Notes: generated from the letters alone by a model not told the origin. A stretch of 64,000 nt of DNA from Flavobacteriaceae bacterium (GCA_045046905.1 JASFYU010000036.1:187-64186), one strand, 5' to 3'; shown: positions 38,333 through 48,931, counted from the first letter of the stretch. Made by a program: numbers and translations.

Positions 38333-40780
38333 CTAATTTACCCTTTGTTTTTCTTCTTCCGCCCCAATGTTTCTTTCTCGAACAGATTTAAGTTTTCTAT
38401 TTCCAAAACTCCTTGAGTATGTCAGAATAATAGTGCGATTCACAAAATCAAAAATGCTATCGATGTTCAGATTTTGCTCAGGGATATCGGTGATTAGATG
38501 CCATTTCATAGTATCGAACAAATCATTCACTTTTATTCCTAAAACACCCCATTTATCATTAAACTTCTTTTGGAATGCAATGTTAATAATGAAAGAACTT
38601 TTTAATATAGAAGTACCGAACACATCAAAAAAACTTGGACTGTTATAATTTATATTAATTTCTGAAGTGATATTTCTTGCCAAAGTAAAGGACTGTGTAC
38701 TATTGACATTAAATGAATTTTGCCCGAAATTAAATAAAGAGCCATCAACCGTATTTGATATTTTCGCATTCAAATATGTGAAATTGTTTTGCATTTTCCA
38801 CCAATTGGCAAAGGTTATGGGCAAGCCCAATGTCAATGAAAATATTTTTGTCTGGTCCAAGTTTGCCGCTCCATAAATCAATCGTTCGCTTTGCTCATCG
38901 AATCTTGATTGAAACCTTGAAATTGTTCCGTCTTCGACAGAATATTGTGCTGAAAGTATGATAGACTTGTAATTCAAGCCAAATTTGATAGCGTTCGAAA
39001 TAGCGGGTTGAATCGCCGGATTGCCGGATACAAGAGTGCTAGGGTCAATGAAAACAACGAAAGGTGCCATATCATTGAAGGTGGGTCGAGTAATACGCCT
39101 TGAATATGAGAAATTAAAATTTAATGTGTCATTAATCTTATGGGAAATATATACTGTTGGAAAAAATTCACCATATGTCCTATCAACAACCATACCCTCT
39201 GTGTTAGAGATTAATTCCGAATCAGTATGTTCATAGCGCAAACCCATTTGCAAACTTGTTTTATCGCTTATATTGTACTGAACAGAACCATAAGCTGCAA
39301 GTATTTGTTCTTTTAAAATACTAATATCTGTCAGGTCAGGATCTTCAACAAAATCTTGCCCACTAGAAGTTTCTACCAATACATCGTTATCCAAACTACT
39401 AAATGCCGCCTTCATGCCAATATCCAATTTTACATCATCATTTATTCGGTTACTATAATCAGCTTTGCCAACCTTTATCGTAATTGGTGTATTTTTATCA
39501 ATATTGGTATATTCCTCTCTTAAAAAATCAGCGTTGCCATCAAAAAAATTATATATATACCCTGATGGATTTTCCATTTTATATTTTAAGTAATCAAAAT
39601 CAATACTGATATATCCATCTTCCTTAAAATTATGTTTGAGATTTACATTTGACCCAAAATGTTTTAACTGGTTTCTTTCGCTATTCAGGAGTTCAAAAAA
39701 AGAACTTGGAATATTATTTTCAGTCCCGTGGCCTTTATTTACGGCATCTTGGACGAACTTATTATCATTGCCCCAAATAAGCAATCCCATTATGGTCTTG
39801 GCCGATGTTTGATAATCAAGTCCTAAGCGAATATTGTGATTACGTCTAATAGGGTCTCTATCGGAGAGACTGAATTTGTTTACCAAAACCAGATCTTCAT
39901 TTATAAAACTTCTATTCAATATAATCTGCTGCCTTTGCGTATTTCTCAAAAAAGAATAATTACCAAAAATATTGAGCTTATTTCTTCTAAAGTTAAAATT
40001 TATGTTATCCGAAGTGGTATTGCCATTTCCGACACCGCCAGACAAGGAATATGAGCCGTTTAGTCCCTTATCGGTCAATGTTTTTAAAACAATATTGATG
40101 AAACCTGCGTTTCCTTCGGCATCAAAATTTGCAGGTGGTGTAGTAATTAATTCTATGGTCTCAATGTTATCGGAGCTCATACCTTCTAACAATTGCACTA
40201 GACTTGATGTTGGCATATAGCTTTGTTTGCCATTTATCATTACAACGACCCCATTTTTGCCAACTAACGATATCGCACCGTTCTGCCTGTTAACTACAAC
40301 GCCCGGAGAACGTTCAAGAATTTCAAGTGCCGATGACCCCGAAGACAATATACTACTCGCCACGTTGATGACCATTCGATCAATTTTTTGAACATAAAGG
40401 TTTTTTTTAGATACCACCACCACTTCGTCCAATTCCAACCCTTCAAAAAGTATAATTGGAGGTAACATTAATTTTGAATCTCTATTAAGAGAGAATGGTT
40501 TTACAGATATAGTGTTATACCCCATCATACTTATTGTCACCATATACTGTCCTTCAGGAATGTTTTCTATCAAAAACTCACCGTTCTCATTTGTGATCGT
40601 TCCTTTCACAAAAGTAGAATCACTTGCTTTGATCAGCAGTACATTAGCAAAGGGTATTAGCTCTCCCACTTCATTCTTGACCACGCCTTCTATAGTAGCC
40701 TCACCATATGAAAACTGCACCATAAAGACAAAAACTACTAAAAAGTGGAGTTGCTTAAAAATAAAAACTTGGTTTTTCAT
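38333..40780 (-). CDS. TonB-dependent outer-membrane receptor with an N-terminal CarboxypepD_reg-like domain
   Basis: The track ORF starts at 40816. The ATG at 40780 gives MKNQVFIFKQLHFLVVFVFMVQFSYG, a signal peptide. It continues with GVVKNEVGELIPFANVLL (carboxypeptidase regulatory-like), a plug domain, a long beta-barrel, and a terminal aromatic-rich strand. Confidence 0.8.
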   Translation of the reverse strand: MKNQVFIFKQLHFLVVFVFMVQFSYGEATIEGVVKNEVGELIPFANVLLIKASDSTFVKGTITNENGEFLIENIPEGQYMVTISMMGYNTISVKPFSLNRDSKLMLPPIILFEGLELDEVVVVSKKNLYVQKIDRMVINVASSILSSGSSALEILERSPGVVVNRQNGAISLVGKNGVVVMINGKQSYMPTSSLVQLLEGMSSDNIETIELITTPPANFDAEGNAGFINIVLKTLTDKGLNGSYSLSGGVGNGNTTSDNINFNFRRNKLNIFGNYSFLRNTQRQQIILNRSFINEDLVLVNKFSLSDRDPIRRNHNIRLGLDYQTSAKTIMGLLIWGNDNKFVQDAVNKGHGTENNIPSSFFELLNSERNQLKHFGSNVNLKHNFKEDGYISIDFDYLKYKMENPSGYIYNFFDGNADFLREEYTNIDKNTPITIKVGKADYSNRINDDVKLDIGMKAAFSSLDNDVLVETSSGQDFVEDPDLTDISILKEQILAAYGSVQYNISDKTSLQMGLRYEHTDSELISNTEGMVVDRTYGEFFPTVYISHKINDTLNFNFSYSRRITRPTFNDMAPFVVFIDPSTLVSGNPAIQPAISNAIKFGLNYKSIILSAQYSVEDGTISRFQSRFDEQSERLIYGAANLDQTKIFSLTLGLPITFANWWKMQNNFTYLNAKISNTVDGSLFNFGQNSFNVNSTQSFTLARNITSEININYNSPSFFDVFGTSILKSSFIINIAFQKKFNDKWGVLGIKVNDLFDTMKWHLITDIPEQNLNIDSIFDFVNRTIILTYSRSFGNRKLKSVRERNIGAEEEKQRVN

Positions 40781-40835
40781 TTTGTGTATTATTTTGATTT
40801 TTAATAGGTTGGTCAATTGGTTCGTGTTCTTAATT

Positions 40836-42135
40836 CACTAGTGCCCCCTTAAAATAAGCTGATAGACAACTGGCTAAATTGGTATTCTTTAGTGTTATTG
40901 TAATACTATTTGTAAACAACCCATTTATAGGTGTTTTGTCTAATAGAGAGATGCCTAAAATCTGTAGAATTTCGTAGGTTGAACGTCTGATTTTAGATTA
41001 TGACCTACAATTGCAACAAGACAATAAGTAATTATCGCTGTGCAAATTTGTATTCTAACAGCCTTTTCTGAAATACCTCAAAAGGATTTAACTTTTAAAT
41101 GTTGCTTTATCCATTTAAAGAACAGCTCAACTTGCCAGCGATTTTCATACAAAAGGGCAATTTACTCAGCTTTTAAATCTGTATTGTTTGTCAGAAAAAT
41201 AAAGGTGCGTTTGGTTTCAATATCATAATATTTGATTCGTCTAATTTTATCGGGATAATCCTTTAGAAATGTAAAAACCTGTGAGCCTACCTATTTGATC
41301 AACTTTTACACCTGTTTCCTTTATTGACTTTGTTGGAGTATATTCATTTAAACTGCAAATTAGACTTCGCTCTAATAACAAAAAAAAAGAGCTAAGTTTA
41401 GTGATTTCATAGAGCCGTTTAAAATCAACATAGCCTCTATCGAAGATATAGCAAGACCAGCTTCATTTGGAATAACATCCATGGCGTTTTCGTCATGTAC
41501 AGTCGCCTCAGTAAGATGTATAAACACTCGGATTTTGGCAGTAATATCATAGAGGGTACGGAGTTTTATTCCCCCTTTTGTTTTACGAAATTTAAGCTCA
41601 CCAAAAAACATTGAGACATAAATCGATTGTTGAAGAATCAAAGGCATAAACTTTTCCTTTTATTTCAAAATCATTTTATGTTAGTTTCTTCTGAGCGATA
41701 TTAATTAGATAGTAAGCAGACTCTTCGAAAACCTTAGAGTTATGCCTCTGATTTACTTTAGATAAATTACTTTTTGTTACAGATTTCTCAAAACCTAAAT
41801 GATATGTTTTGCTACTATGTGCCTCTAGAATAACGATTAAATCTCGAAGACTATTTCTATTGGTTAACTGTCCAAAAATCATACAAAGCAATTGATTCCA
41901 ACATGTAAAATGTTTTACGTATTTGTTTCCTTCATACTTTGAAACAAACCTATCGAAAGCTCTTTGAGGTAAAAATACAGTTAATTGCGAGAAAACATAT
42001 TTGCCATCATTCATTGTGAATACATGAAATTCACAAACCTAGTTGATTCAAATTGTCACTATCCAAAATTCCTCCTTAGATCTAGTATTTACAATAATTT
42101 CAAAGAACTCATATTGACTTTTAGTGAATACTAGT
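40836..42135 (-). mobile_element. Degenerate IS4-family insertion sequence (1300 bp) flanked by a 9-bp target-site duplication
   Basis: The direct repeat TTCTTAATT occurs at 40827-40835 and 42136-42144. The termini are CACTAGTGCCCCCTTAAAATAA (left) and the reverse complement of the right end, CACTAGTATTCACTAAAAGTCA. About 15 of 22 positions match, including the first 7. The interior encodes a disrupted DUF4372/DDE transposase. Confidence 0.65.
40880..42014 (-). pseudogene. IS4-family (DUF4372 N-terminus plus DDE) transposase, inactivated by nonsense and frameshift mutations
   Basis: The fragments are MNDGKYVFSQLTVFLPQRAFDRFV...(41676-42014), FRKTKGGIKLRTLYDITAKIRVFIHLTEATVHDENAMDVIPNEAG (41372-41647), and my translation of 40990-41330: IRRIKYYDIETKRTFIFLTNNTDLKAE*IALLYENRWQVELFFKWIKQHLKVKSF*GISEKAVRIQICTAIITYCLVAIVGH..FYRF*GISLLDKTP. 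There are at least three in-frame stops and at least one frameshift. Confidence 0.8.
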
Positions 42136-42621
42136 GTTCTTAATTTTTAAATCATTGATTTTCAAATACATATATCGCAAAAAACAGAATTATACGATGC
42201 TCTCTCTTAATACGTCACAAAAAAAACCTTTATAAAAGGTCTAATCAAAAAAAATCTAATAGCACAGGAGGAATAGGAACAAGATAATAAAAACACACAC
42301 AAGTACCAATTAAAAACTATGTTTTTGAACGAGTATATCTCTATGTGGGTATTCCTCAATAAACCATTCTACATGACTACTGTTGATTTATAAGTGACAA
42401 TTCGCATTTTTATTTACGCAGGCTCGCCCCATAAGGACGGCCTTGGTGTTTAAAGTATCTTTCTTGGTTTAAAAGAAGGCTCGACATACCGAAAGTGACA
42501 ATTACTTTCCCTTTTAATATGTGCTTTTTTTTGCATAAAACCCTTCGCCGACATTTTCATGATTTAATAGCTAGGAAATTAGACTCTCTCGATAACTATC
42601 ATGGCAAAATAATCTTTGAAG

Positions 42622-43644
42622 TCAAAACAACCCTCCTTGCGAAGCCCCTTTAACTCTACCTAAATGTTTATAGGCCAGTTCAGTTACTTCACGACCTCTT
42701 GGTGTTCGCATAATAAACCCTTGTTGTATCAGAAAAGGTTCATAGACTTCTTCAATAGTTTCAGCACTTTCAGACACCGCTGTAGCTATGGTCGTAATGC
42801 CAACAGGACCACCTTTGAATTTATCGATGATCGTGGTCAATATCTTATTGTCCATTTCATCTAGCCCATGTGCATCAACATTCAATGCCTTTAGGCTAAA
42901 TTTGGAGATCTCCATATCTATATTTCCATTGCCCTTAATCTGGGCAAAGTCACGTACTCTACGCAAAAGTGCATTACAGATTCTTGGGGTACCTCTACTT
43001 CTTCCTGCTATTTCAATGGCCGCATCTTCCGTTATGGATACCTTAAGGATTTCTGCACTACGCTGTACTATGGTGGAGAGCAATTCAGTATCATAATATT
43101 GCAATCGACTTTGAATGCCAAATCTTGCCCGCATGGGCCCGGTTAACAAGCCAGAACGTGTTGTGGCCCCGATTAGGGTAAAAGGGTTTAGATTAATCTG
43201 CACGGATCGAGCGTTCGGCCCCGACTCGATCATAATATCAATTTTATAATCTTCCATGGCAGAATAAAGATACTCTTCTACAATGGGGCTCAACCGATGG
43301 ATCTCATCAATAAAAAGCACATCACGTTCATCGAGATTGGTCAATAGGCCAGCAAGATCCCCTGGCTTATCTAATACTGGGCCTGACGTTATTTTAATAC
43401 CCACCTCGAGCTCATTGGCTAAAATATGGGCCAAGGTGGTTTTACCCAATCCTGGAGGACCGTGAAACAAGGTATGATCCAAGGCTTCCTCTCTACGATT
43501 AGCCGCCTCAACAAACACCTTTAGGTTTTCTAAAACTTGTTCCTGACCTGTAAAATCATCAAAGGTTATTGGTCGTAATACTCTTTCAATGTCAGTTTCC
43601 TCAGGAGTGAAATTTTCACCCGAAGCATCTAGATAATCGTTCAT
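42622..43644 (-). CDS. ruvB: Holliday junction DNA helicase RuvB
   Basis: It has Walker [12 protein letters not shown], Walker [10 protein letters not shown], and a RuvB C-terminal winged helix. The track start (GTG at 43692) adds 16 atypical residues; the ATG at 43644 ([16 protein letters not shown]) is preferred. Confidence 0.95.
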   Translation of the reverse strand: MNDYLDASGENFTPEETDIERVLRPITFDDFTGQEQVLENLKVFVEAANRREEALDHTLFHGPPGLGKTTLAHILANELEVGIKITSGPVLDKPGDLAGLLTNLDERDVLFIDEIHRLSPIVEEYLYSAMEDYKIDIMIESGPNARSVQINLNPFTLIGATTRSGLLTGPMRARFGIQSRLQYYDTELLSTIVQRSAEILKVSITEDAAIEIAGRSRGTPRICNALLRRVRDFAQIKGNGNIDMEISKFSLKALNVDAHGLDEMDNKILTTIIDKFKGGPVGITTIATAVSESAETIEEVYEPFLIQQGFIMRTPRGREVTELAYKHLGRVKGASQGGLF

Positions 43645-43801
43645 AAGTCCAAAGATAGTAAAAATCGTAGGGCATAAATCGAGGTATTTCACCCGTACAA
43701 GGTTTACATGATATTTGTCATCTTATATACTCGCATTAAGTACAACCTTTGTATGAATTTTCTAAACAAATATAATTATCAAATTTTAAAATCAAGTAGC
43801 A

Positions 43802-45400
43802 ATGGCAGAAGCATTCAATCTTCACAAATACGGGATAGACACCGAAAAAATCTATCGAAATAGCAGTGTTCCAGTTCTTTATGAACTAGGATTACGCTTA
43901 GAAAAAGGCACTGCCATTTCCGATGTTGGCGCCTTGATGACCTTTTCTGGTGAAAAGACAGGTCGTAGCCCAAAGGATAAGCGTATCGTAAAACATCCTG
44001 ATTCTGAAAACAATATTGATTGGGGAAACATCAATATAGGATTAGATGAACATACCTTTATGGTTAATCATGAGCGCGCACTTGACTACCTTAATATTTG
44101 CGACCACTTATTTGTTGTCGATGCCTATGCCGGATGGGATCCGAAATACCGCATCAAAATCAGAATAATATGTACCCGGGCCTACCATGCCTTGTTCATG
44201 CAGAACATGCTTATCATGCCAACCGCCGAAGAGCTTGTCAATTTTGGCGAGCCTGATTATGTCATCCTGAATGCGGGTCAGTTTCCTGCCAATAGATATA
44301 CTTCCGAGATGACTTCCAAGACCAGTGTCGATTTGAACTTGGAACGTAAAGAAATTGTCATACTTGGCACAGAGTACGCCGGAGAAATGAAAAAGGGTAT
44401 TTTCACTATCATGAATTATCTTATGCCCTTACAGGATGTACTACCCATGCACTGCTCTGCCAACGTAGGCGAAGAAGATGATGTCACCATTCTTTTTGGA
44501 CTTTCAGGTACAGGAAAGACAACCTTAAGCGCTGACCCAAAGCGCAAATTAATAGGAGACGATGAGCATTGTTGGACGAATGAAGGTACTTTTAATATCG
44601 AGGGAGGATGTTACGCAAAAGCCATCGACTTATCTGCTGAAAGTGAACCCGATATCTTCAATGCTATTAAGTTTGGTACCGTTCTAGAGAACGTGGTCTA
44701 TGACAAAAAAACCAGAGAAGTCGATTATACTGATACATCAATAACCCAGAATACAAGGGCTTCCTACCCTATTCAATTCATTAACAATGTTCAAATGCCT
44801 TGTATAGCAGGACATCCGGAGAATATAATTTTCCTTACCTGTGATGCTTTTGGTGTTTTACCTCCAATAAGTAAATTGACACCAGAACAGGCCAGTTACC
44901 ACTTTATCTCGGGTTATACCGCCAAAGTTGCTGGTACAGAAATGGGTGTAACAGAACCCCAAGCAACATTCAGCGCCTGTTTTGGAGCTGCTTTCATGAT
45001 GTGGCACCCCAATAAATATGCCGAACTATTGGCTCAAAAGATCAAGGAGCACAAAGCTACCGCATGGCTGGTAAACACAGGGTGGACCGGTGGCGCCCAT
45101 GGGGTTGGTTCTCGAATGAAGCTGAAATATACTAGAGCGATGATTGACGCCATTCACCACCATAATTTCGATGATGTTACCTTCGTAAAAGATGAAGAGT
45201 TCGGATTTCAAATTCCGACTAGCTGCCCCAATGTACCTTCAGAAATACTTATTCCAAAAAACACTTGGGAAGACAAAGAAAAGTATGACCAAGTCAAAAA
45301 TAAGCTGGTAACACTTTTTAACGAGAACTTTAAAAAGTTCGAAGCCAATGTAAATTCTAAAATTGTAGAGGCAGGCCCTAAGGTCGATTCTTCTTTATAA
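43802..45400 (+). CDS. pckA: Phosphoenolpyruvate carboxykinase (ATP)
   Basis: 532 aa. It has the kinase-1a motif GLSGTGKTTLS and PckA-typical segments (GDDEHCW, FNIEGGCYAK). Confidence 0.95.
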   Translation: MAEAFNLHKYGIDTEKIYRNSSVPVLYELGLRLEKGTAISDVGALMTFSGEKTGRSPKDKRIVKHPDSENNIDWGNINIGLDEHTFMVNHERALDYLNICDHLFVVDAYAGWDPKYRIKIRIICTRAYHALFMQNMLIMPTAEELVNFGEPDYVILNAGQFPANRYTSEMTSKTSVDLNLERKEIVILGTEYAGEMKKGIFTIMNYLMPLQDVLPMHCSANVGEEDDVTILFGLSGTGKTTLSADPKRKLIGDDEHCWTNEGTFNIEGGCYAKAIDLSAESEPDIFNAIKFGTVLENVVYDKKTREVDYTDTSITQNTRASYPIQFINNVQMPCIAGHPENIIFLTCDAFGVLPPISKLTPEQASYHFISGYTAKVAGTEMGVTEPQATFSACFGAAFMMWHPNKYAELLAQKIKEHKATAWLVNTGWTGGAHGVGSRMKLKYTRAMIDAIHHHNFDDVTFVKDEEFGFQIPTSCPNVPSEILIPKNTWEDKEKYDQVKNKLVTLFNENFKKFEANVNSKIVEAGPKVDSSL

Positions 45401-45442
45401 TCTTAGAATTCAAAACAACCTATTAAGCAATACTATTTTCTC

Positions 45443-45480
45443 AAAATCCCCGTGATATTTATCACGGGGATTTTATTTTT
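45443..45480 (+). terminator. Rho-independent terminator after pckA
   Basis: A perfect 15-bp stem, AAAATCCCCGTGATA with TATCACGGGGATTTT (45443-45474), and a 2-nt loop, followed by ATTTTT. Confidence 0.9.
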
Positions 45481-45534
45481 TATACCCTTTTTAAGCCTCT
45501 TTCCCTTTTCGCCTTAAAGTCGTAATTTCAAAGC

Positions 45535-47811
45535 ATGGAAAAGAAAATATATGCCGCTGGCATTCTTCAGTACATTCCTTTTTTTTATGTAATCTGGTCT
45601 GATGACCTACTATCAGTTTCTGAAATCAAGGTAGTACAAAAGGCAATTGAACAAGATGTCACCTTATCCAATGAAGACCAAGAAAATTTAAGCCAATGGC
45701 TAAACAAAAACCACTCCCCTAGCGATGCGGAACTAAAAAACTGGAAACATACAATTTCAAATTCCAAAGTAAAATTGATTGAGAGCGACACCTACCCCTT
45801 GGCCATGTTCAGCCAAAGATTAGTATGCCAGTATCACGACAGCTGCCCTTTTAACGATAACCTAAAATATATTGAGCTGAATCTCGGCATACAACCCAAC
45901 CATTATAACCATTTGTTCGACGTAGCCGTAGCGCGTGAAACTACTTCGAACTATTACAACGCTAGCGCAATCGACACTATACTTACAGGAAAACATGCTA
46001 TAATCATTAATGATTTCAGGGCCTTTCTAAAAAATCCGATTTTTAAATGGGCCATTTATCGAGACAAGGAAGAATTCCGAAAAACCGTATTGAAGCAGGT
46101 ACAATTTTTAGCGGAGAAAGCTTACGGGGCCATGGCCTACCCCGAGGCTTATGGGGGCAGTGGCGATATGGAAGGCTATGCTTTTATTTTTGAGAATTTG
46201 ATGTATGTAGATGGGAGCCTCGCCATAAAATTCGGCGTGCAATTCGGCCTATTCGGTGGGAGCATACAAAAATTAGGTACAAAAAAACACCATGACACTT
46301 ATTTGACAAAAACGGGTAGAGCAGAACTTTTGGGGTGTTTTGCAATGACAGAGACAGCTCATGGGTCGAACGTTCGCGGTATCAAAACCACGGCCACCTA
46401 CGACAAGAAAACAGACCGTATCACCATACATACTCCTGGAGAAAATGACAATAAAGAATTTATTGGAAACGCACTGCATTCTAAAATGGCATCGGTCTTT
46501 GCGCAATTGATCGTCGACGGAAAGAATGAAGGCGTACACGCAATTTTAGTTCCACTTCGAAATCAGGAACATGAATTATTGCCCGGGGTCACTATTGAGG
46601 ACAACGGATATAAATTAGGATTGAACGGCGTCGACAACGGCAAAATATGGTTCGACCAAGTTTCAGTACCAAGAGAAAACCTACTCAATAAATATGGCGA
46701 CATCAAAGAAGATGGCCGTTACCATTCCGATATTAAAAATCCGAAAAAACGTTTTTTTACCATGTTGGGCACTTTGGTAGGTGGTCGTATCTGCGTAGCA
46801 AGAGCCGGATTGGGCGGGGCGAAAATGGCGTTGGCAATCGCCGTCAAGCATGCGCTTAGAAGAAGACAGTTCAACGATAGTATAAAAGTTCAGGAAGATT
46901 TATTGATGGACTACCCCTCACATCAATTGCGATTAACACCAGCCATCGCACAGTGTTATGTATATCATATCACCCTTGATCAGTTGATGGGCCGGTATTC
47001 AGATGAACAAAACACCGAAAAGCGAAAGGTAGAAACACAGGTTGCTGGCCTAAAGGCAATCATCACCTGGTTTGCCAATGACACCATTCAAGAATGTAGA
47101 GAAGCCTGTGGGGGAAAAGGGTACCTTATCGAAAATCGAATAGCCGACCTAAAAGCAGATGTAGATATTTTTACGACTTTTGAAGGTGATAATACCGTAT
47201 TGTTGCAACTAGCAGCCAAAGGAATACTTTCAGATTTTAAGTCAGAATTCAACAGTGCAGGATTCGTCTCTGTTTTAAAAATGTTGAGTACCCAAATTAG
47301 CGATACCCTAACCACAATAAATCCGCTGTACACGAACAAGGTAGATAAGGAACATTTATACGACCCCAAATTTCACAAGCATGCTTTTAACTACCGCACA
47401 CGGCGTTTGACGTATTCTTTGGCCCTACGAATACGAGCCTATATAAAAAAAGGAATCCCCTCGTACCAAGCCTTTTTAAAAGTACAGACACATTTATTGG
47501 CATTGGGCAAGGCCTATAGCCATGAATTGGCCTATACCACTTACTGCGATGCTGTGGACAGCATTTCCGACAAAAAAAACAGGCTTCTATTTCAAAAGCT
47601 AGGAACATTATATGCGTTACATGAAATTCGAAAAGATGCGGCCTGGTTTTTAGAACAAGGGTATATAGGAGGCACAAAATCAAAGGCCATACGACAACGC
47701 GTGGAACGCCTGTGTACTGAACTAAGACCGCATATCGAGGTTTTAACCGACGGTTTCGGAATTCCAGAGCATTGTATGACCCCGCCAATCGCCGAACAAA
47801 AAACTTATTAA
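45535..47811 (+). CDS. Acyl-CoA oxidase/dehydrogenase-family protein with an extra N-terminal domain
   Basis: 758 aa. The ACOX-like core carries CFAMTETAHGSNVRGIKTTATYDKKTDRITIHTPGENDNKEFIGNA and a C-terminal acyl-CoA oxidase-like helical domain. The first roughly 150 aa are unrelated to that core. Confidence 0.8.
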   Translation: MEKKIYAAGILQYIPFFYVIWSDDLLSVSEIKVVQKAIEQDVTLSNEDQENLSQWLNKNHSPSDAELKNWKHTISNSKVKLIESDTYPLAMFSQRLVCQYHDSCPFNDNLKYIELNLGIQPNHYNHLFDVAVARETTSNYYNASAIDTILTGKHAIIINDFRAFLKNPIFKWAIYRDKEEFRKTVLKQVQFLAEKAYGAMAYPEAYGGSGDMEGYAFIFENLMYVDGSLAIKFGVQFGLFGGSIQKLGTKKHHDTYLTKTGRAELLGCFAMTETAHGSNVRGIKTTATYDKKTDRITIHTPGENDNKEFIGNALHSKMASVFAQLIVDGKNEGVHAILVPLRNQEHELLPGVTIEDNGYKLGLNGVDNGKIWFDQVSVPRENLLNKYGDIKEDGRYHSDIKNPKKRFFTMLGTLVGGRICVARAGLGGAKMALAIAVKHALRRRQFNDSIKVQEDLLMDYPSHQLRLTPAIAQCYVYHITLDQLMGRYSDEQNTEKRKVETQVAGLKAIITWFANDTIQECREACGGKGYLIENRIADLKADVDIFTTFEGDNTVLLQLAAKGILSDFKSEFNSAGFVSVLKMLSTQISDTLTTINPLYTNKVDKEHLYDPKFHKHAFNYRTRRLTYSLALRIRAYIKKGIPSYQAFLKVQTHLLALGKAYSHELAYTTYCDAVDSISDKKNRLLFQKLGTLYALHEIRKDAAWFLEQGYIGGTKSKAIRQRVERLCTELRPHIEVLTDGFGIPEHCMTPPIAEQKTY

Positions 47812-47855
47812 AATAAGCTAAGAGAAACAAGCCTGTAAAAAGGTATGGGCCAAAC

Positions 47856-48677
47856 CTATTCTTCTTTGCGCAACTGAGAAGTATCAATAAAATCAAGTAC
47901 TTCTATTTTACCGTCACCATAAAAATAGGTTTTGGAAGACCCCTTGGAAGACAGTTCTAAATTCTCAAAGGCAAATAGCCTTGCAGAAGGCGACTCTTCT
48001 AATACGGCAAATACCCTTGTAGCCTCTAATTTCTCAGCCTTGAGATTGGCACTACCAACAAGGTGTACATAAAATCTATCGGCCGTACCTTCAACTCTGG
48101 CCGTGGTATTCTTATCCATGCTAATAGCATTGCTTTCACCAACGAAATAAACACGTACATCGATCCTATCTTTCAAAGTAATGTTCAAGGAATCACTGGC
48201 CAGATTAAAATCACCTGAACTCATACCCTTCATATTGATATTCATAAATGCGGCCGTAGCATTAAGCTCTAATCTTGAGGCCCCAAAGGTATTCACAACC
48301 AACTCATCAGAAGAAATAATATCTTTGGTAATAATTTTTCCGTCGTGCATGGTAATCGCCCTTAGCTCGGTATAGTTGATCGTGATGTCTAACTTTTTTT
48401 TGCCTGTAATTTTATAAAAAGCACTAATAATTAAAGTGCCATCCTTGATCTTAAACTTTAAGACATCGATTAAATTATCGTCAGCGGTAATCGAATACCC
48501 CTCCTGGGAAGATTTCTGAAGAAATATTTCCAAATCATCGACCAGTTCTATGGCATCGAAAGGCGGAAGTTCTTTATGCACTTCAACAACACTTTTATTC
48601 CCTTTGATCTTGGGCTTACGTTGTGCTTGTATGATGCAGGTCGACAGTAGTACGAAAAGGAGAAGGAGCTTTTTCAT
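47856..48677 (-). CDS. Secreted beta-helix-like protein (DUF2807 / head GIN-domain style)
   Basis: 273 aa with the signal peptide MKKLLLLFVLLSTCIIQAQ and repetitive short beta-strand segments. The family assignment is from memory and is weak. Confidence 0.5.
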   Translation of the reverse strand: MKKLLLLFVLLSTCIIQAQRKPKIKGNKSVVEVHKELPPFDAIELVDDLEIFLQKSSQEGYSITADDNLIDVLKFKIKDGTLIISAFYKITGKKKLDITINYTELRAITMHDGKIITKDIISSDELVVNTFGASRLELNATAAFMNINMKGMSSGDFNLASDSLNITLKDRIDVRVYFVGESNAISMDKNTTARVEGTADRFYVHLVGSANLKAEKLEATRVFAVLEESPSARLFAFENLELSSKGSSKTYFYGDGKIEVLDFIDTSQLRKEE

Positions 48678-48931
48678 TTTTCAATTTAGGGTTTAAGGAA
48701 ATATTCGGAGACAGCTGATCTGATATTTTTGTTATTTCAAAAGCACTCCCAATATTCTCATTATGAGACTATCCTATGATTAAATATATTACAAAAAACC
48801 GACATGGCCTTTTTTCACCCTCATCAGTGCGTCAAATTCCACGAATGCTTGCATAGTTTCGATAGCTGTAGGAAAAAATATTTAAGCAAGCATATCTGAC
48901 ACCCACGGGTCGAGCTTGTTGATTGTATATC

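Noticed and set aside
40824-40835. A 12-bp direct repeat GTGTTCTTAATT as the IS target-site duplication.
   Set aside because: The first three bases (GTG) on the right side belong to the IS terminal inverted repeat (..TACTAGTG). A 9-bp duplication TTCTTAATT gives matching CACTAGT termini on both ends and is the better interpretation.
41040-41228. A 62-aa plus-strand ORF in the IS region.
   Set aside because: It is the antisense shadow of the transposase C-terminal coding remnant (RWQVELFFKWIKQHL reads on the minus strand).
42229-42250. A hairpin ACCTTT/AAAGGT flanked by A8/T8 runs, considered as a terminator.
   Set aside because: The stem is only 6 bp and almost entirely A/T. It lies about 370 nt past the ruvB stop, too weak and too distant to annotate.
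42453-42560. A 35-codon minus-strand ORF (MKMSAKGFMQKKAHIKRESNCHFRYVEPSFKPRKIL) downstream of ruvB.
   Set aside because: It is tiny, highly basic, lies in AT-rich DNA, has no promoter box or conservation evidence, and is indistinguishable from chance.
43645-43692. The longer GTG-initiated N-terminus of RuvB ([16 protein letters not shown]).
   Set aside because: It is hydrophobic and unlike the RuvB N-termini I know. A TATCTTTG box (43650-43657, minus strand) lies inside it. That box sits only 5 nt from the preferred ATG, so I did not annotate it as a promoter either.
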